Assembly (NCBI GenBank): GCA_965206645.1
Contig: CBDBKE010000004.1
Location: 1,504,001-1,568,000, forward strand
Length of the DNA stretch: 64,000 bases
Origin: Terriglobia bacterium
Lineage (GTDB): Bacteria > Acidobacteriota > Terriglobia > JAJPHL01 > JAPKYU01
Direction: 5' to 3'
Shown here: positions 29,559 through 40,224 of the stretch, piece after piece
Position numbering within the stretch: the stretch's first letter is position 1
Layout: every line of letters begins with the position of its first letter
Notes under the pieces: generated by a model
Seen by the model: only the letters and a program-made list of their open reading frames with translations
Database searches by the model: none
What the model was told of the DNA's origin: nothing
Translations under genes and position numbers: made by a program

Positions 29559-30264
29559 CGGACAGTCGCTGGAGCCACCTAAGCTGAACCGCCGCCGGGC
29601 GCTCTTCGTGTTGGCCAAGATCGACGTGATCCTGGCCTGGGAGCAGAACCTGGAACGGGAGCGGGACAGTCGCTTTGTCGATTTAGGCCGCTACCTTTGC
29701 GAGGTCCGTAGCGGCCAGTATTGGCGGCTCGACAAACTCAGCTGCTTCGACGAGTTCTTGGAGAAGCGCTTCCCGGAATCCCGGCGCAAGGCTTACTACC
29801 TGATGGCGATCCACGAACATCTGCCAAAGACGGTGCGGCGAGAGTTGAAACAAGTGGGTTGGAGCAAGACGGCGGAGTTGGTCAAGGTGGCCCGCTCGGA
29901 AGGGCAGGGATTCGATTGTGCAACCTGGTTGCACAAAGCTCACTCTTTGCCAAAAGAAGAATTCAAGCGCGAGGTTGAGCGCCATCTGAGCAGCAAGGAA
30001 ACGGAGCCTTGGGAACTGATCTACTTCAAGCTGTACAAGAGTCAGCTGCCCGTAGTCGAGCAAGCCCTGGAGGCAGCCGCCCTGATGCTCGGGACAGATA
30101 AATCCCGGGGTTACTGCCTGGAGATGATCTGCGCCGACTTCCTGTCGGGAGCGAATCTGGGGAAAGGCAACACAAACGCCCTTTTCAGCTCCCTGTGTCA
30201 CTTGTTTGGGTTTCTCCCTCTTCCGCAGAGGCAGAAGTTTCTGGGGCAAGAGAGAGAAGCTTGA
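29530..30264 (+). CDS. Hypothetical phage-type protein (DUF3102-like N-terminus)
   Basis: LGRYLCEV...FDEFLEKRF..SRRKAYYLMAIHE; overlaps both neighbours. Confidence 0.6.
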   Translation: MHGLTNLRANGQSLEPPKLNRRRALFVLAKIDVILAWEQNLERERDSRFVDLGRYLCEVRSGQYWRLDKLSCFDEFLEKRFPESRRKAYYLMAIHEHLPKTVRRELKQVGWSKTAELVKVARSEGQGFDCATWLHKAHSLPKEEFKREVERHLSSKETEPWELIYFKLYKSQLPVVEQALEAAALMLGTDKSRGYCLEMICADFLSGANLGKGNTNALFSSLCHLFGFLPLPQRQKFLGQEREA

Positions 30265-30521
30265 TGACTCAGTTCCGCCCAAAACGGCCAAGGCTCCGGT
30301 TGGACCCGCAGTCCTACAACCGGTTGCGGCAGCAGGTGCTGGAACGAGATGGGTGGCGCTGCCAGCGTTGTGGACGTTGCTCCGAACTTCAGGTGCACCA
30401 CATCCAGTCAAGAAACAGGCTGGGACACGACGCCGAACACAATCTGATCAGCCTCTGTACCAGTTGTCATCAAGCTGTCCATCTCCACAGAGACAGTACC
30501 GCTTTCTACAACGGTGGTTGA
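30264..30521 (+). CDS. HNH endonuclease
   Basis: VLERDGWRCQRCG..LQVHHI...NLISLCTSCHQAVH. Confidence 0.9.
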   Translation: MTQFRPKRPRLRLDPQSYNRLRQQVLERDGWRCQRCGRCSELQVHHIQSRNRLGHDAEHNLISLCTSCHQAVHLHRDSTAFYNGG

Positions 30522-31229
30522 CAACTCCACTGTTATTGCAGAGTGGCAGTCCTCTCCAAATCTTCGAGAAAAGTTGATGACTCCCCGCTCGACCTTCAAC
30601 AGCGGATTGAGATGCACTGCGCCGCAGTTAACCACCTGTCGCAATTCTTCTGCGGGGATCAGCTCGATATAGCCGATGGTGAAATTTAGCACTGCCGTCT
30701 CCACCGCGCCCGGGTTGGTGCCGATGAAGGCGAAGCTGGATTCCGGCACTGGGCGTTACCGCTGGTTGGTTCACGGGCGCCGGAAGTGGCGCGAAGACCA
30801 GGGTGCCCGTCTAACACTGCCTGTTGACAGGCGTGACGGTGACCCCGGAGGGAACTCCCATGAGAATAACCTCAAGCGTAGTCCCGGTGCTGGGCGGTGA
30901 GGAGCGTCAGAAAACGCCGCCTCCTGCCCGCTGTGGCAGTGAGAGGACATGGGGAACGCCTCGGTCACCGACACCGCGAAAGGGTACATGTGGTTTCCGG
31001 GTGACTCGTGGTGGGTCGAAGAACCAAAACCCGCCGTGCTCTGGCGGGTGAACGGAAGGACCACCGGGACTGCCCATGTCAGTCCCAATCTGATGCTGAT
31101 CTACCGCAAGCCGGATGCTGAGCACCTGGACCTGGTGCACCTCCGGGCCGGCGTAGATTCTCAAAGCAGCTTGGGCCGATCTCTCGACCTACGTTCAGCC
31201 TCACTAGCCGCCTGGCCGATTGGATGATC

Positions 31230-31268
31230 TAAAAAAAGGGAGCCCGATTCGGATCGGACTCCCCTTTC
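31230..31268 (-). terminator. Intrinsic terminator of S-layer-like copy C
   Basis: GGGAG-CCCGAT/ATCGGA-CTCCC stem next to an A7 run (U-tract on the minus strand). Confidence 0.8.
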
Positions 31269-31336
31269 GGTTTTTAGTCTCGTGCGTAAGGCTCTTTGCT
31301 CACAAGAGGAGCCGCTGCACGATGGCCCTTCTTAAC

Positions 31337-32443
31337 TTAATCCGTCTTCACCGCGAGATAACCCTGCGCCAGGTCGGCGTCTTCGTCGGTGATGAAGGCA
31401 AAGCCGTACGCATTCCGAAATTCACAGGTTGCAGTGATATAGCCCTGGAATTCGGCGGCAATATTTGACAGAAGATCGACCCACTGTGCCCCACCCGCGA
31501 CCTGCTCGGGCGTCATCAGATCATCAGGAGCATCGGGACCGCTGTACTCGATGGTGCAGTAGCCCTTTCCCTCCGAGGCATTCGTGATGACCAGTCCGGT
31601 ATTGAAGCCGAGCTTGTTGGTCACGAACGGGAACAGCAGCGTCGTGGTGCAATCGCTGATCTCGATCACATCGTTGGTGGGGCCGCTGGCATAACGCGTC
31701 GTCTTTGAAACGTCATCGGTCACGGGATGGTAGCTGACGGTCACGGAACCGGTATTAAGCGCCGGCTCTCCCGCCTTCCACGTGAACGTTATCGTCAACT
31801 CATTCCATTCCATTGCTTTCGCGGGGTCCGTCCCCTCGCGCACGTCGGCAGTATCCCCGTCCTCATCGACGAAGTTGTATATGATCTGACCCGCCCGTGC
31901 TGTTGACAGAGCGACGTTTCCGTCCTCAAGGCCGCTCATCTCCCCCCCGGTCATCAACGTGAGTGGGGCTAAATCGCCCGATATAACTTGTGGGGAAGCG
32001 GTGAGATCTGTCATCTCGAGTGCCATTCCCGTTCCCATCATGCTCGGCGTCACGGTCACACCCTCAGGAATGTCGCGGAAAGCCACCACGAGCGAATCTG
32101 TATCTCTGATCGCGCTCGCAAAACCTTCCACGAACTTGATGGTGGCTACATTCATGGTCATGTCCGATGGGGCCTCACACTGCAGGCCGGTCGCCGAGGT
32201 TACCGTAATGTCGAGTCCGGTTGTCACGTCGGCGAGTTTAATCGGACTGTGTTTAATCATCACACCGTTGACACGAACTTCCGCGGTGACATCATTACCA
32301 TTTCCCACCATGGAGGCGTTGGCCATGATCCCGCCGATAGTTACCGTGCTACCCGTCGCAGTGTTAGGGAAATTTATACCAGTGTTGTCGGTGGCGATAG
32401 TCCAAAACGCTTCGCCAGATCGTTTGTAACTAGCTAATACCAA
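31337..32443 (-). pseudogene. S-layer-like acidic surface protein, copy C (5'-truncated, divergent)
   Basis: Shares TLLFPFVTN..GF.TG..ITNAS, FQGY..C.F..A.GFAFI and AQGYLA with copies A/B; lacks the signal peptide and about 145 N-terminal residues. Confidence 0.75.
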
Positions 32444-33006
32444 TAGATGTACTGTTAATCAACGCCCATCAATCCCCTTATTGAATCCCTCTTTGTGAAC
32501 GGGAACCCATTGGCCCATTCTGGACTTTTGTAGACCGGTTTGCGAGCAATCCACCCTGAGTCCGGGAGTCCGAGGCGGTTGAGTAGGGTGGCAATCTCCG
32601 TGTGCTGCGAATCGGAGATTCGCTGGCTGTGCCGCTGTGCTTCAGCGGCCCGATAGTCGGCCGCGTGCGAACCATCACGACGAGCCTTCACGACCTGTGT
32701 GGAATGGGTGCTCGCGGACCGCAGTGTTTTCAGCTCTTTTGTCATCGCGTGACCCCGCAAGTCTAGCTAGATGGAAGTGGCTGCCTATCATATCAAGCCA
32801 AAGTTGCACATTCAAAGCTATTCAGCCGAATCGCAGCGGCTTGGACAGGCTACTGCGGTCATTGCAAGTCGCCCTCGGCACCCTGCGGGTGTGCCTCATC
32901 GAGTTCCGGATCGCCCTCACCCCTGCGGACCGAGCGCTCGACGAGATCGACCCGCCGCCTCAGATCGGCCAGCCCGGCGGTTCGGGCGGCGCCGCCTACC
33001 CTTAGC

Positions 33007-33328
33007 GTACAAGCCTACCAGACTGTACGCTCTACAAGACAGGCAGGAAAAATGAGCACAGGCTTACCAGCCTATGCTCTCCAGGGGGCAGGCAGGAATG
33101 CCTACCCTACCTTTTGAAAAGGAAAAAAAGGGAGCCTCGTCTGGATGAGGCTCCCCTGTAGTTTTCGGTCTTGGCGTTCAGGCGCACACACGCCGTCAGG
33201 CAGGAAGCGAGTACAGGCCTTGCGGCCTGTACTCTACGCCTAAGCGCAACCGAAGGAGATGGAAACTGAGCACAGGCCTTAGCGGCCTGTGCTCTCTACA
33301 ACCCAGGCAGGAATGCCTGCCGCTATGC
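33007..33328. repeat. Cluster of REP-like palindromes
   Basis: GAGYACAGGCC-n-GGCCTGTRCTC hairpins (33209-33234, 33268-33294) and CAGGCAGGAATGCCT units, one ending CCTAC (GTAG on the minus strand). Confidence 0.75.
33123..33156 (-). terminator. Intrinsic terminator of S-layer-like copy A
   Basis: GGGAGCCTC/GAGGCTCCC perfect stem plus A7 run. Confidence 0.85.
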
Positions 33329-34753
33329 TTAGTCCTTCACGATGGCCAGGTAGCCCTGCGCTGCCGTGGGGCCGCTCTCCTTACCGAAGCCGTTGGTGAT
33401 GTAGGCGAAGCCCTGGCCGTTTTCAAAGTCACAGTTCACATCGAGAAAACCCTGGAAGCCCATAGCGATCGCCGACAACAGGTAAGTCTCGCTGCCCCAG
33501 GACGGGACCTCCATCGTCTCCATATCGGCGGGATTGTCCTCCGCACCATAGAACTTGATCTCGCAAGTTCCGCCATAGTTGGAAGCGTTCGTGAAGGCGA
33601 TCCCGGTGTCAAAGTATTCCGCGTTGGTCACGAACGGAAAGAGCAGGCTCGTCTCGCAGGGATCGAATCCGATGACCCGCTCGGCAGCGGCATCAGCGAA
33701 CTGCGGATTTTCATTAGTGGCAGCACTGACGAAACCCACGCTCACCATGCCGTCGGCGATCATGGTGTCTTCTTCCCACGTGAAGCTCACCATTAACGTA
33801 TTTCCCTGAGTCATATCATTCGCATTGGTAACGGTGTAAGTGATATCACCATCTCCATCGTTATCCAATGCAACCTCGACCATGGTTCCAGCGGCGGGCT
33901 CGTCGCCTTCACCGGTCAGCGTGACTTTCATGCCATCTACTGCGTTCTCGGTCATGTTGTTGGCAGCATGGGTGATCATGAATTCCACGCCGTCCGGGAT
34001 GCCGGAGAAATTGACTTCCACCATGTTGTAGGGAGCATCGTTGCTCAACGCCCCTACAAAGCCTTCCATGATCGAGATGCTGGCCATTCCGGTGGTTCCG
34101 ACCCGGCATTGCAAAACGTTGGCATCGTCCACCTCGACGACCAGTCCGGTTTTGACATCCGAGACATCGAACGCCCCCGGCGACACGGACTTGGTGTTCA
34201 CAGTGAGTTGGGCGGATATCTCTCCGTCGTCTCCCACCATGTAGGCGTTGGCTCGGATGCCGGCGATGATCACATTGAAACCGTTGCCGCCAGTTCCCAA
34301 GCCGAGAGCTTCGCCGCTGAGTTCCTCCCACACGACAGTGTTCGGGTCCTCATCTTCATCAATCATCGGGCCGTCACCGTCGTCGGCAGCCAAAAACACG
34401 TCATCGTCTATACCAGCGCCGCCTTCCGTATTCCCAGTACTGGTCAACTGAACAGCCTCAACATAGGCCAAGTCATCCAGGCTGGTGATTGGAGTGTTCA
34501 GCGTAACGCTTAAGGTGAAATCGGTTATTGCAAACAGCGAGCCGGTGTCCTCTGAAGGCACGGACCGCAGCTCGATGCCGCCGATCATTTCGGTCATGCC
34601 CTCGGCGCGCACATTGGCCACTGCATTGTCACCCGTAGCTTTTCGCGCCTCGCACCGTTGCGCCTGGGCCACGCTGCTGCTCAACACGATAGCCGCCAGC
34701 AGGGACAGCATGACGATGCCGCTTCTAAAAACTGCTTTCCTAATCTTTGCCAT
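33329..34753 (-). CDS. S-layer-like acidic secreted surface protein, copy A (intact ORF)
   Basis: Sec signal peptide (MAKIRK..AQAQ), NVRAEGMTE, D/E/T/G-rich beta-type sequence and the LLFPFVTN..FDTGIA..AQGYLA C-terminal domain I recognise from Bryobacter/Solibacter-type proteins; the S-layer role is inferred. Confidence 0.75.
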   Translation of the reverse strand: MAKIRKAVFRSGIVMLSLLAAIVLSSSVAQAQRCEARKATGDNAVANVRAEGMTEMIGGIELRSVPSEDTGSLFAITDFTLSVTLNTPITSLDDLAYVEAVQLTSTGNTEGGAGIDDDVFLAADDGDGPMIDEDEDPNTVVWEELSGEALGLGTGGNGFNVIIAGIRANAYMVGDDGEISAQLTVNTKSVSPGAFDVSDVKTGLVVEVDDANVLQCRVGTTGMASISIMEGFVGALSNDAPYNMVEVNFSGIPDGVEFMITHAANNMTENAVDGMKVTLTGEGDEPAAGTMVEVALDNDGDGDITYTVTNANDMTQGNTLMVSFTWEEDTMIADGMVSVGFVSAATNENPQFADAAAERVIGFDPCETSLLFPFVTNAEYFDTGIAFTNASNYGGTCEIKFYGAEDNPADMETMEVPSWGSETYLLSAIAMGFQGFLDVNCDFENGQGFAYITNGFGKESGPTAAQGYLAIVKD

Positions 34754-35148
34754 TGTTGTTTTCCCCTTCGATGCTTGAATCGTACTGGTTGAAACTTCCT
34801 GCAAAACTTTCTCTTCCTGCCGATCGATCTAAAACTGCGTTGGATTACAGGCGGGGCAGGCAGGAACGCTTGCCGCTACCTGAATGCCTGTCCTACCTGA
34901 ACGTTTTTGAATGCAACATCAACTCGCCGACTTTCTGCTTAATCTGCTTCCTTCATCTATGTTGCAGCAACAAACTCCAGGGTCGATTTGCTCTATATGC
35001 GGATCTACGGTCATTCAAATTCCAGAAATGTCCATATTGTTCCATGAACGTCTATTAGTATATTTATAATCAATTGGTTACATGATTTCTTCAGTGACTC
35101 GACTTGCTCATAACATCTCTTGCAATCCATGACTTTCCCATATTTAAT

Positions 35149-36387
35149 ATGGGAATGAATAATGTAAATATCACACCAAAATTACCCCGAAAAACCAAAC
35201 CCAAGGGCCGCCATCCACACAAGGCCCTGTCGGCCTCCTTCGTCCGCTCGGCCCCGCCGGGAAGACATGCCGACGGCAACGGGTTGTATCTGTTCGTCCA
35301 GCCGACCGGAACCCGAAGCTGGATTCAGCGGCTCGTCGTTCGCGGCCGCAAGCGCGAGCTCGGACTCGGTAGCGTCTACCTGGTTTCGCTGGTTGAGGCC
35401 CGGGAGAAGGCGCTGGCCAATCGCAAGTTGGCGCGTGAAGGCGGGGACCCGCTGGCGGAGAAGCGCCGCACCGAGGGCGTACCCAGCTTTGCCGAAGCCG
35501 CCGAGCGCGTGCTGCAACAGAAGAAATCCGGCTGGCGAAGTTCGGATTACGGTTTTGAGTGGATTTCGAGCCTGAGACGGTACGCTTTCCTGCGCATCGC
35601 TAAGATGCCGGTTTCAGAGGTCAACAGCGCCGATGTTTTGGAGATCCTCACGCCCATCTGGCATGCGAAGGCGCCCACAGCCCGGCTCGTCCACCAACGC
35701 ATCCACGCGGTGTTGGAATGGGCGGTAGCGATGGAGTTTCGCATCGACAACCCATGTGACCGGGTCGTACCGGTGCTCGGTACCCAACACGATGTCGTGC
35801 AACATATGCGGGCATTGCCCCACCGGGAGGTGCCGGCGGCCATCGAGAGGGTCCGGGCGTCGAATGCGAGGCCGGTCGTGAAGCTGGCGTTGGAGTTCCT
35901 GGTGCTGACGGCGGCGCGGTGGGGCGAGGTACGTGGGGCGGTGTGGACGGAGATCGATTGGGACGAGGGTGTGTGGACGATTTCCACCACGCGGATGAAG
36001 GCGAAGCGCCAGCACCGGGTACCGCTGTGTGGCCGCGCCATGGAGATTCTCGATGCGGTTCGGACGCTCCGGGAGGGAATCAGTCCACTCGTGTTCACCC
36101 ACCGGCGCGGGAAGCCGCTAAACGATATGGAGTTGCGCCTCCTGCTCAAGAAGCAGAAGATCACGGCCGTGCCGCACGGTTTCAGGTCCAGCTTCCGGGA
36201 CTGGGCGGCCGAGGAGACGGATCATCCCCGGGAGGTGATCGAGGCGGCCCTGGCGCATATGGTCCGGAACAAGGTCGAGGCGGCCTATAGGCGTACGGAC
36301 CTGTTTGAGCGGCGGCGTATCCTGATGGACGACTGGGCGCGCTATCTAGCCCAAGGGACGGCGACAGATTCAGAGCTCCCACGATAA
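35149..36387 (+). CDS. Tyrosine integrase (P4-like, arm-binding N-terminal domain)
   Basis: HADGNGLYL..RELGLG arm domain; catalytic R (TAARWGE), K, HGFR, LAH and Y (AYRR) all present. Confidence 0.93.
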   Translation: MGMNNVNITPKLPRKTKPKGRHPHKALSASFVRSAPPGRHADGNGLYLFVQPTGTRSWIQRLVVRGRKRELGLGSVYLVSLVEAREKALANRKLAREGGDPLAEKRRTEGVPSFAEAAERVLQQKKSGWRSSDYGFEWISSLRRYAFLRIAKMPVSEVNSADVLEILTPIWHAKAPTARLVHQRIHAVLEWAVAMEFRIDNPCDRVVPVLGTQHDVVQHMRALPHREVPAAIERVRASNARPVVKLALEFLVLTAARWGEVRGAVWTEIDWDEGVWTISTTRMKAKRQHRVPLCGRAMEILDAVRTLREGISPLVFTHRRGKPLNDMELRLLLKKQKITAVPHGFRSSFRDWAAEETDHPREVIEAALAHMVRNKVEAAYRRTDLFERRRILMDDWARYLAQGTATDSELPR

Positions 36388-36460
36388 ACAAGGGTTGAAG
36401 CTAGTCAGCAGGAAGGGCATCTAATCGGCGGCAGGTCTTGATTGTCGTCTTAGCCGAATT

Positions 36461-36748
36461 GTGTTCTTCGGCAGCCATTCCGTCTTCACTCGCATCATCG
36501 ACGCCGACACCGTGGAGATTGCCGGTGAAAAGTTGCGCCTGGAGGGGATTGATGCGCCGGAATCAAGGCAGACATGCAAGCGTGACGGGAAGCGCTACGA
36601 TTGCGGAAAGGAGGCGACTTCGGCACTGCGTGTGAAGATCGGCAAAGCATCCATAACGTGCAAGGGTGACACGAGGGACCAGTACGACCGTTTGATTGCC
36701 GTCTGCTACCTGGACGACATAGACTTGAGTGGAAAAAGCGTCGAGTAA
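36461..36748 (+). pseudogene. Thermonuclease (SNase-like) fragment
   Basis: IIDADT..LRLEGIDAPESRQTC..DQYDRLIAVC; truncated at both ends. Confidence 0.8.
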
Positions 36749-36883
36749 ACGCGAGACAAAGCCGACTGTTCTGGCGGCGTAATTCTCTCGCTCTTGTCGG
36801 GAATCGATTGCGCGGTGCGGTCCCTCAGGGGAAGGGCGAGGTTCTCGGCGTCGCTGAGTCCATCGGTTGCGAGAAGCGCCCAT

Positions 36884-37216
36884 TCACGGATGCGCCGGTG
36901 TTTCTTCAGCGACCGCGCGCGGGTGAACGTCGATCTGCACGTCCACGTGCTGGCCGAGCTTGTTGAGCACGGTCATAAGGCGATCGATCGTGAAGCGGTC
37001 TAGTTTCGCGTTGCGGATGCGCGAGTAGTCGGCATGGGGGATACCCGTCTTCTCCTGTGCCTTGCGCGTGGAGAGACCTTCATCATCGAGAATGCCGATT
37101 ATTTGCGTAGCCAGAAGCGCCTTGATCTGCTGTACGTCAGCGTCCGGGTAGCCGAAATCGCGAAAGACGTTGCCGCTGCCGCGCACAAGCTCAAAATCGT
37201 CGTCAGGTTTGGTCAT
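36884..37216 (-). CDS. XRE-family HTH antitoxin
   Basis: GSGNVFRDFG.PDA, HTH, FTIDRL; overlaps the toxin stop codon. Confidence 0.85.
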   Translation of the reverse strand: MTKPDDDFELVRGSGNVFRDFGYPDADVQQIKALLATQIIGILDDEGLSTRKAQEKTGIPHADYSRIRNAKLDRFTIDRLMTVLNKLGQHVDVQIDVHPRAVAEETPAHP

Positions 37217-37590
37217 TGCTGTAGGTCCTTCTTCAGTCGTTTAAGCCGCTCGCGGATGAGATCGAGTTCTTTATTCTGGGTTTTGATTCCTTGCTTCGCC
37301 TTCTTCTGGAAGGCGTGCAACACCCAAACGTCATCCCCGATTTGCAGAGCGTAGACCGTCCGATACGCATCGGTTCGGTACTTCAGGGCCACCTCAAACA
37401 CGCCGGATCCGAAACCCTTCATTGGCTTGGCGAGGTCGTGCTTGCGGCCTTCGGCCGCAGTCGTCAGCACTCGCAAAATCTCGTCTCGTGCACCTTTCGG
37501 AAAGCCCCTGAACGCTTTGTTCGCCGCCTTGATCCATGAGATCGGCCGTGTGTTGCTGCTTCTCATAGGCCATGTTTTCATATTTGACAA
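37213..37590 (-). CDS. RelE/HigB-like (Gp49/DUF891) toxin
   Basis: KPMKGFGSGVFE, YRTVY and VLHAFQKK motifs; toxin-first gene order. Confidence 0.87.
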   Translation of the reverse strand: MSNMKTWPMRSSNTRPISWIKAANKAFRGFPKGARDEILRVLTTAAEGRKHDLAKPMKGFGSGVFEVALKYRTDAYRTVYALQIGDDVWVLHAFQKKAKQGIKTQNKELDLIRERLKRLKKDLQQ

Positions 37591-37609
37591 CAGTAGTCAA
37601 ACAGGAACG

Positions 37610-37872
37610 TAGTGTCCACGATTTGGATCACCTGGTCCCAGGCTGCGTCCCAGACACGACAACTCGCTGACCAGCAGGCGATCACCCGGCTGAAGCACTA
37701 CCAGCACCTCCTCGATGCGGCGCTCGAGGGGACTCTTTCGCGACGAGATGCGGGCCTCGATGAATTCGTCGACAGTGCAGCGGCATTTCTGGCTGAACTC
37801 CAGGATGGCCAGTTTCTGGTTTGCTAGGTCCTGCGAACGAGTGGAGACGCGGAGGTAGGCGACGGTTTTCAA
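37610..37872 (-). pseudogene. Serine resolvase/invertase N-terminal fragment
   Basis: KTVAYLRVST..QDL.NQ..PGDRLLVSELS.LGRS, then frameshift and truncation. Confidence 0.85.
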
Positions 37873-37893
37873 TGCTGTGTCCAAGAAAAGGTG

Positions 37894-38774
37894 GAGGATG
37901 TCCGTTAATTCGTAGAAAGTAGCGACTCTCAACCCCGGCCATACTGTGCCGGGGGTCATTTTCTGCCAAGAAAAGGAGAGAGTCGCTATGAAGAGAAGAT
38001 ACCAGATCGAAGGCCATCGTGCGGTGCAGAGTTTTCGCCGCTGGGCGGCCGAGAAAAACCCGAACATTCAGATGCTCCTGCCGCTGGCCGAGGTGGTGAG
38101 CCTGCTGCAAGAAGGAGTGGGACACCTTTTGCGGGAGGCCGGGCTGGCGTTGATGAACCTGGTGATGGAGGAGGAAGTGCGGCAGCTAGCCGGAGAGCGG
38201 CAGCAGCAACACTCGGGCCGCCGCGCCCACCGCTGGGGGAAGGAAGCGGGTTACTGCGTGGTGGACGGGCAGAAGGTGCCGATCCGCAGAACCCGTCTGC
38301 GGAACCAGCAGAACCGCGAGCAGCGGCTAGGAAGTTATGAACTGTTTCAGCGGAGCGCGCCGCTGGAGCGGAGGGTGTGGGACACGATGATGCGGGGGCT
38401 CTCGACGCGGAACTACGGCGCGGTGGTGAAAGAGTTTCAGCAAGCCTACGGGATCGAGAAGTCGGCGGTGAGCGAGAACTTCGTCGCGGCCAGCCGGGAG
38501 AAGTTGCGGGAGTTGCTGGAGCGGCCCCTGGGCGAGTTGCGGCTATGCGCCGTGCTGATCGACGGCACGCCGTTCCGGGACCGCCAGATGATGGTGGCGC
38601 TGGGGATCGGCTGGGACGGGCGCAAAACGGTGTTGGGGCTGCGCGAGGGAGCAACCGAGAACGCCACGGTGGTTAGCGAGCTGCTCAGTGATCTGGCCGG
38701 ACGCGGCCTGGACTTCGGCGTGCCCCGCCTGTATGTGCTGGATGGCAGTAAGGCGCTGGCTGCGGCGGGGTGCG
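37894..38774 (+). mobile_element. IS256-family element 1, 3'-truncated (transposase starts at 37988)
   Basis: GLSTRNY, VLIDGT, GRKTVLGLREGATENA and VLDGSKAL motifs; left end GAGGATGTCC resembles the ends of element 2. Confidence 0.85.
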
Positions 38775-40224
38775 GAGGGTGTCCTGAACTCAGTTGAAAG
38801 TTCGTAGCGGCGGTTCGGAGCCATCATACTACGCCACCTCCCGTCGAGTGGCCGACTTTGATCCTTCGAGGATCGCTTTCAACATCCACAGGTCCTGGTA
38901 CCCCATCAGGCGGCGGAAGTTTTTCTCCGTGGCCAGGAAGCTGGAGGCGACCCAGCGCTGGACCATGGCCGCATCCCGCCAGCGGCACACCCGGCGAGTT
39001 CGCAACCTCACTCCCGCCTGCGGACTCTCGATGAGATTGGTGGTGGCCAGACAGCGATGTAGCGAAGCCGGAAGCCCCAGCCGGTTGATGGTGAAACATT
39101 CCTCCAGACCCTCCCGTAAGCTGGCCGCCGCGGCCGGACAATCTCGCTCCAACCATTGGGCCAACTTCTCCAGCTTGGCCCTGCCGGTCTTCGGATCCAA
39201 CCGCCAGGCGGCCCGCATCGCCGCCCGCACCTGGTCCCGCTCTGGCTCCGGCAACCGGTCCAGGACGTTGCGCAACTTGTGGGCGCGGCAGCGCTGCACC
39301 GGCTGCTCGGCCCCGAACACGGCGCGGATCGCCGCCCGCAAGGCCTTCGAGCCGTCGATCACAAACAGCCGTTTCTGGGCCGGCTGCACCCCTCGCCGCA
39401 CTAAACCTTCCAGCAAGTCCTGGACGGCCGCGGCGTTCTCCGTAGCCCCCTGCTGAATCCCCAGCACGTGCTTGTGCCCTTCCGCATCCACGCCCACAGC
39501 CGCAATCACGTGATGGTCGCCAAACACTATCCCGTCGATGTAGAGGATCAGCAACTCTACTTCCTCGAAGCGGCGGTTCAACAGACGTTCTAACTCGGCT
39601 GCGGCAGCCTCCATCGTTTCCCGGCTGACCGTGGAGCGCGACACACCCACGGTGTCCGCCATCTCCGGCAACACCCGCTGGTACTGCCGGGTCGAGACGC
39701 CCCGCAGCAAGATATCCAACATCCGGGCCCCCAGACCCTCGCCCTCCTGCATGGCTTCGTAGGCCGGGAGGGGAACTTCTTTCCCCGCTCCCCGGCCTGG
39801 CCGCCGGAGCCGTGGCCTGTGCACGGCCAGCTTTCTCTCCTCGAAGCGGCGGTCAGGCGCACCCGTCCCCGCTGGCGCCCATACCAGCCCACCCCACGGC
39901 GCCGCCGGCCCTGACGGCGTGGACCGGCCACCTGCGCGGCCGACAACTCCAGCACCGCTTCAATCGCCGCCCTACCCACCACGTCGATCAGCTCGTCGAC
40001 GGCTAACCGCGATTGTTCGATCAACTCCACCCAGGGCAGCAGAAACTGCCCGTGGCGAGCCAGGTAGGCAGCCAGTTTGCGGGAGCTTCGGCTATCGCTC
40101 CGGCCTAGGATGTGGTAGCTTCTCTGCACGGCGGTTCCCCTTTCCAGAAAGTTTCCCAACCCGATTCTACGGAACCAGGTCAGCGAACCGCCGCTCAACT
40201 TTCAACTAAAGGTGAGACACTCTC
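38775..40224 (-). mobile_element. IS256-family element 2 (transposase ~40129-38829, frameshift near 39840)
   Basis: GVSTRQY, YIDG, VIDGSKAL, QRCRAHKLRN and TTNLIES motifs; imperfect terminal IRs GAGRGTGTC..AGTTGAAAGTT..AGCGGCGGTTCG. Confidence 0.9.

Larger units (their letters stand above)
33054..35008. repeat. Long direct repeat, copy 1 (~1.96 kb)
   Basis: Co-linear and highly similar to 40471-42437. Confidence 0.95.

Noticed and set aside
30520-31225. Short ORFs between the HNH gene and copy C
   Set aside because: Conflicting frames and no recognisable motif; probably gene debris that I cannot assign.
32455-33005. ORFs between copies C and A
   Set aside because: Short and overlapping, with no similarity to the missing N-terminus of copy C and no recognisable family.
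33007-33328. CRISPR array or integron attC array
   Set aside because: The palindromes are irregular in sequence and spacing, with no unique equal-length spacers or cassette ORFs; the integrase is P4-like rather than IntI.
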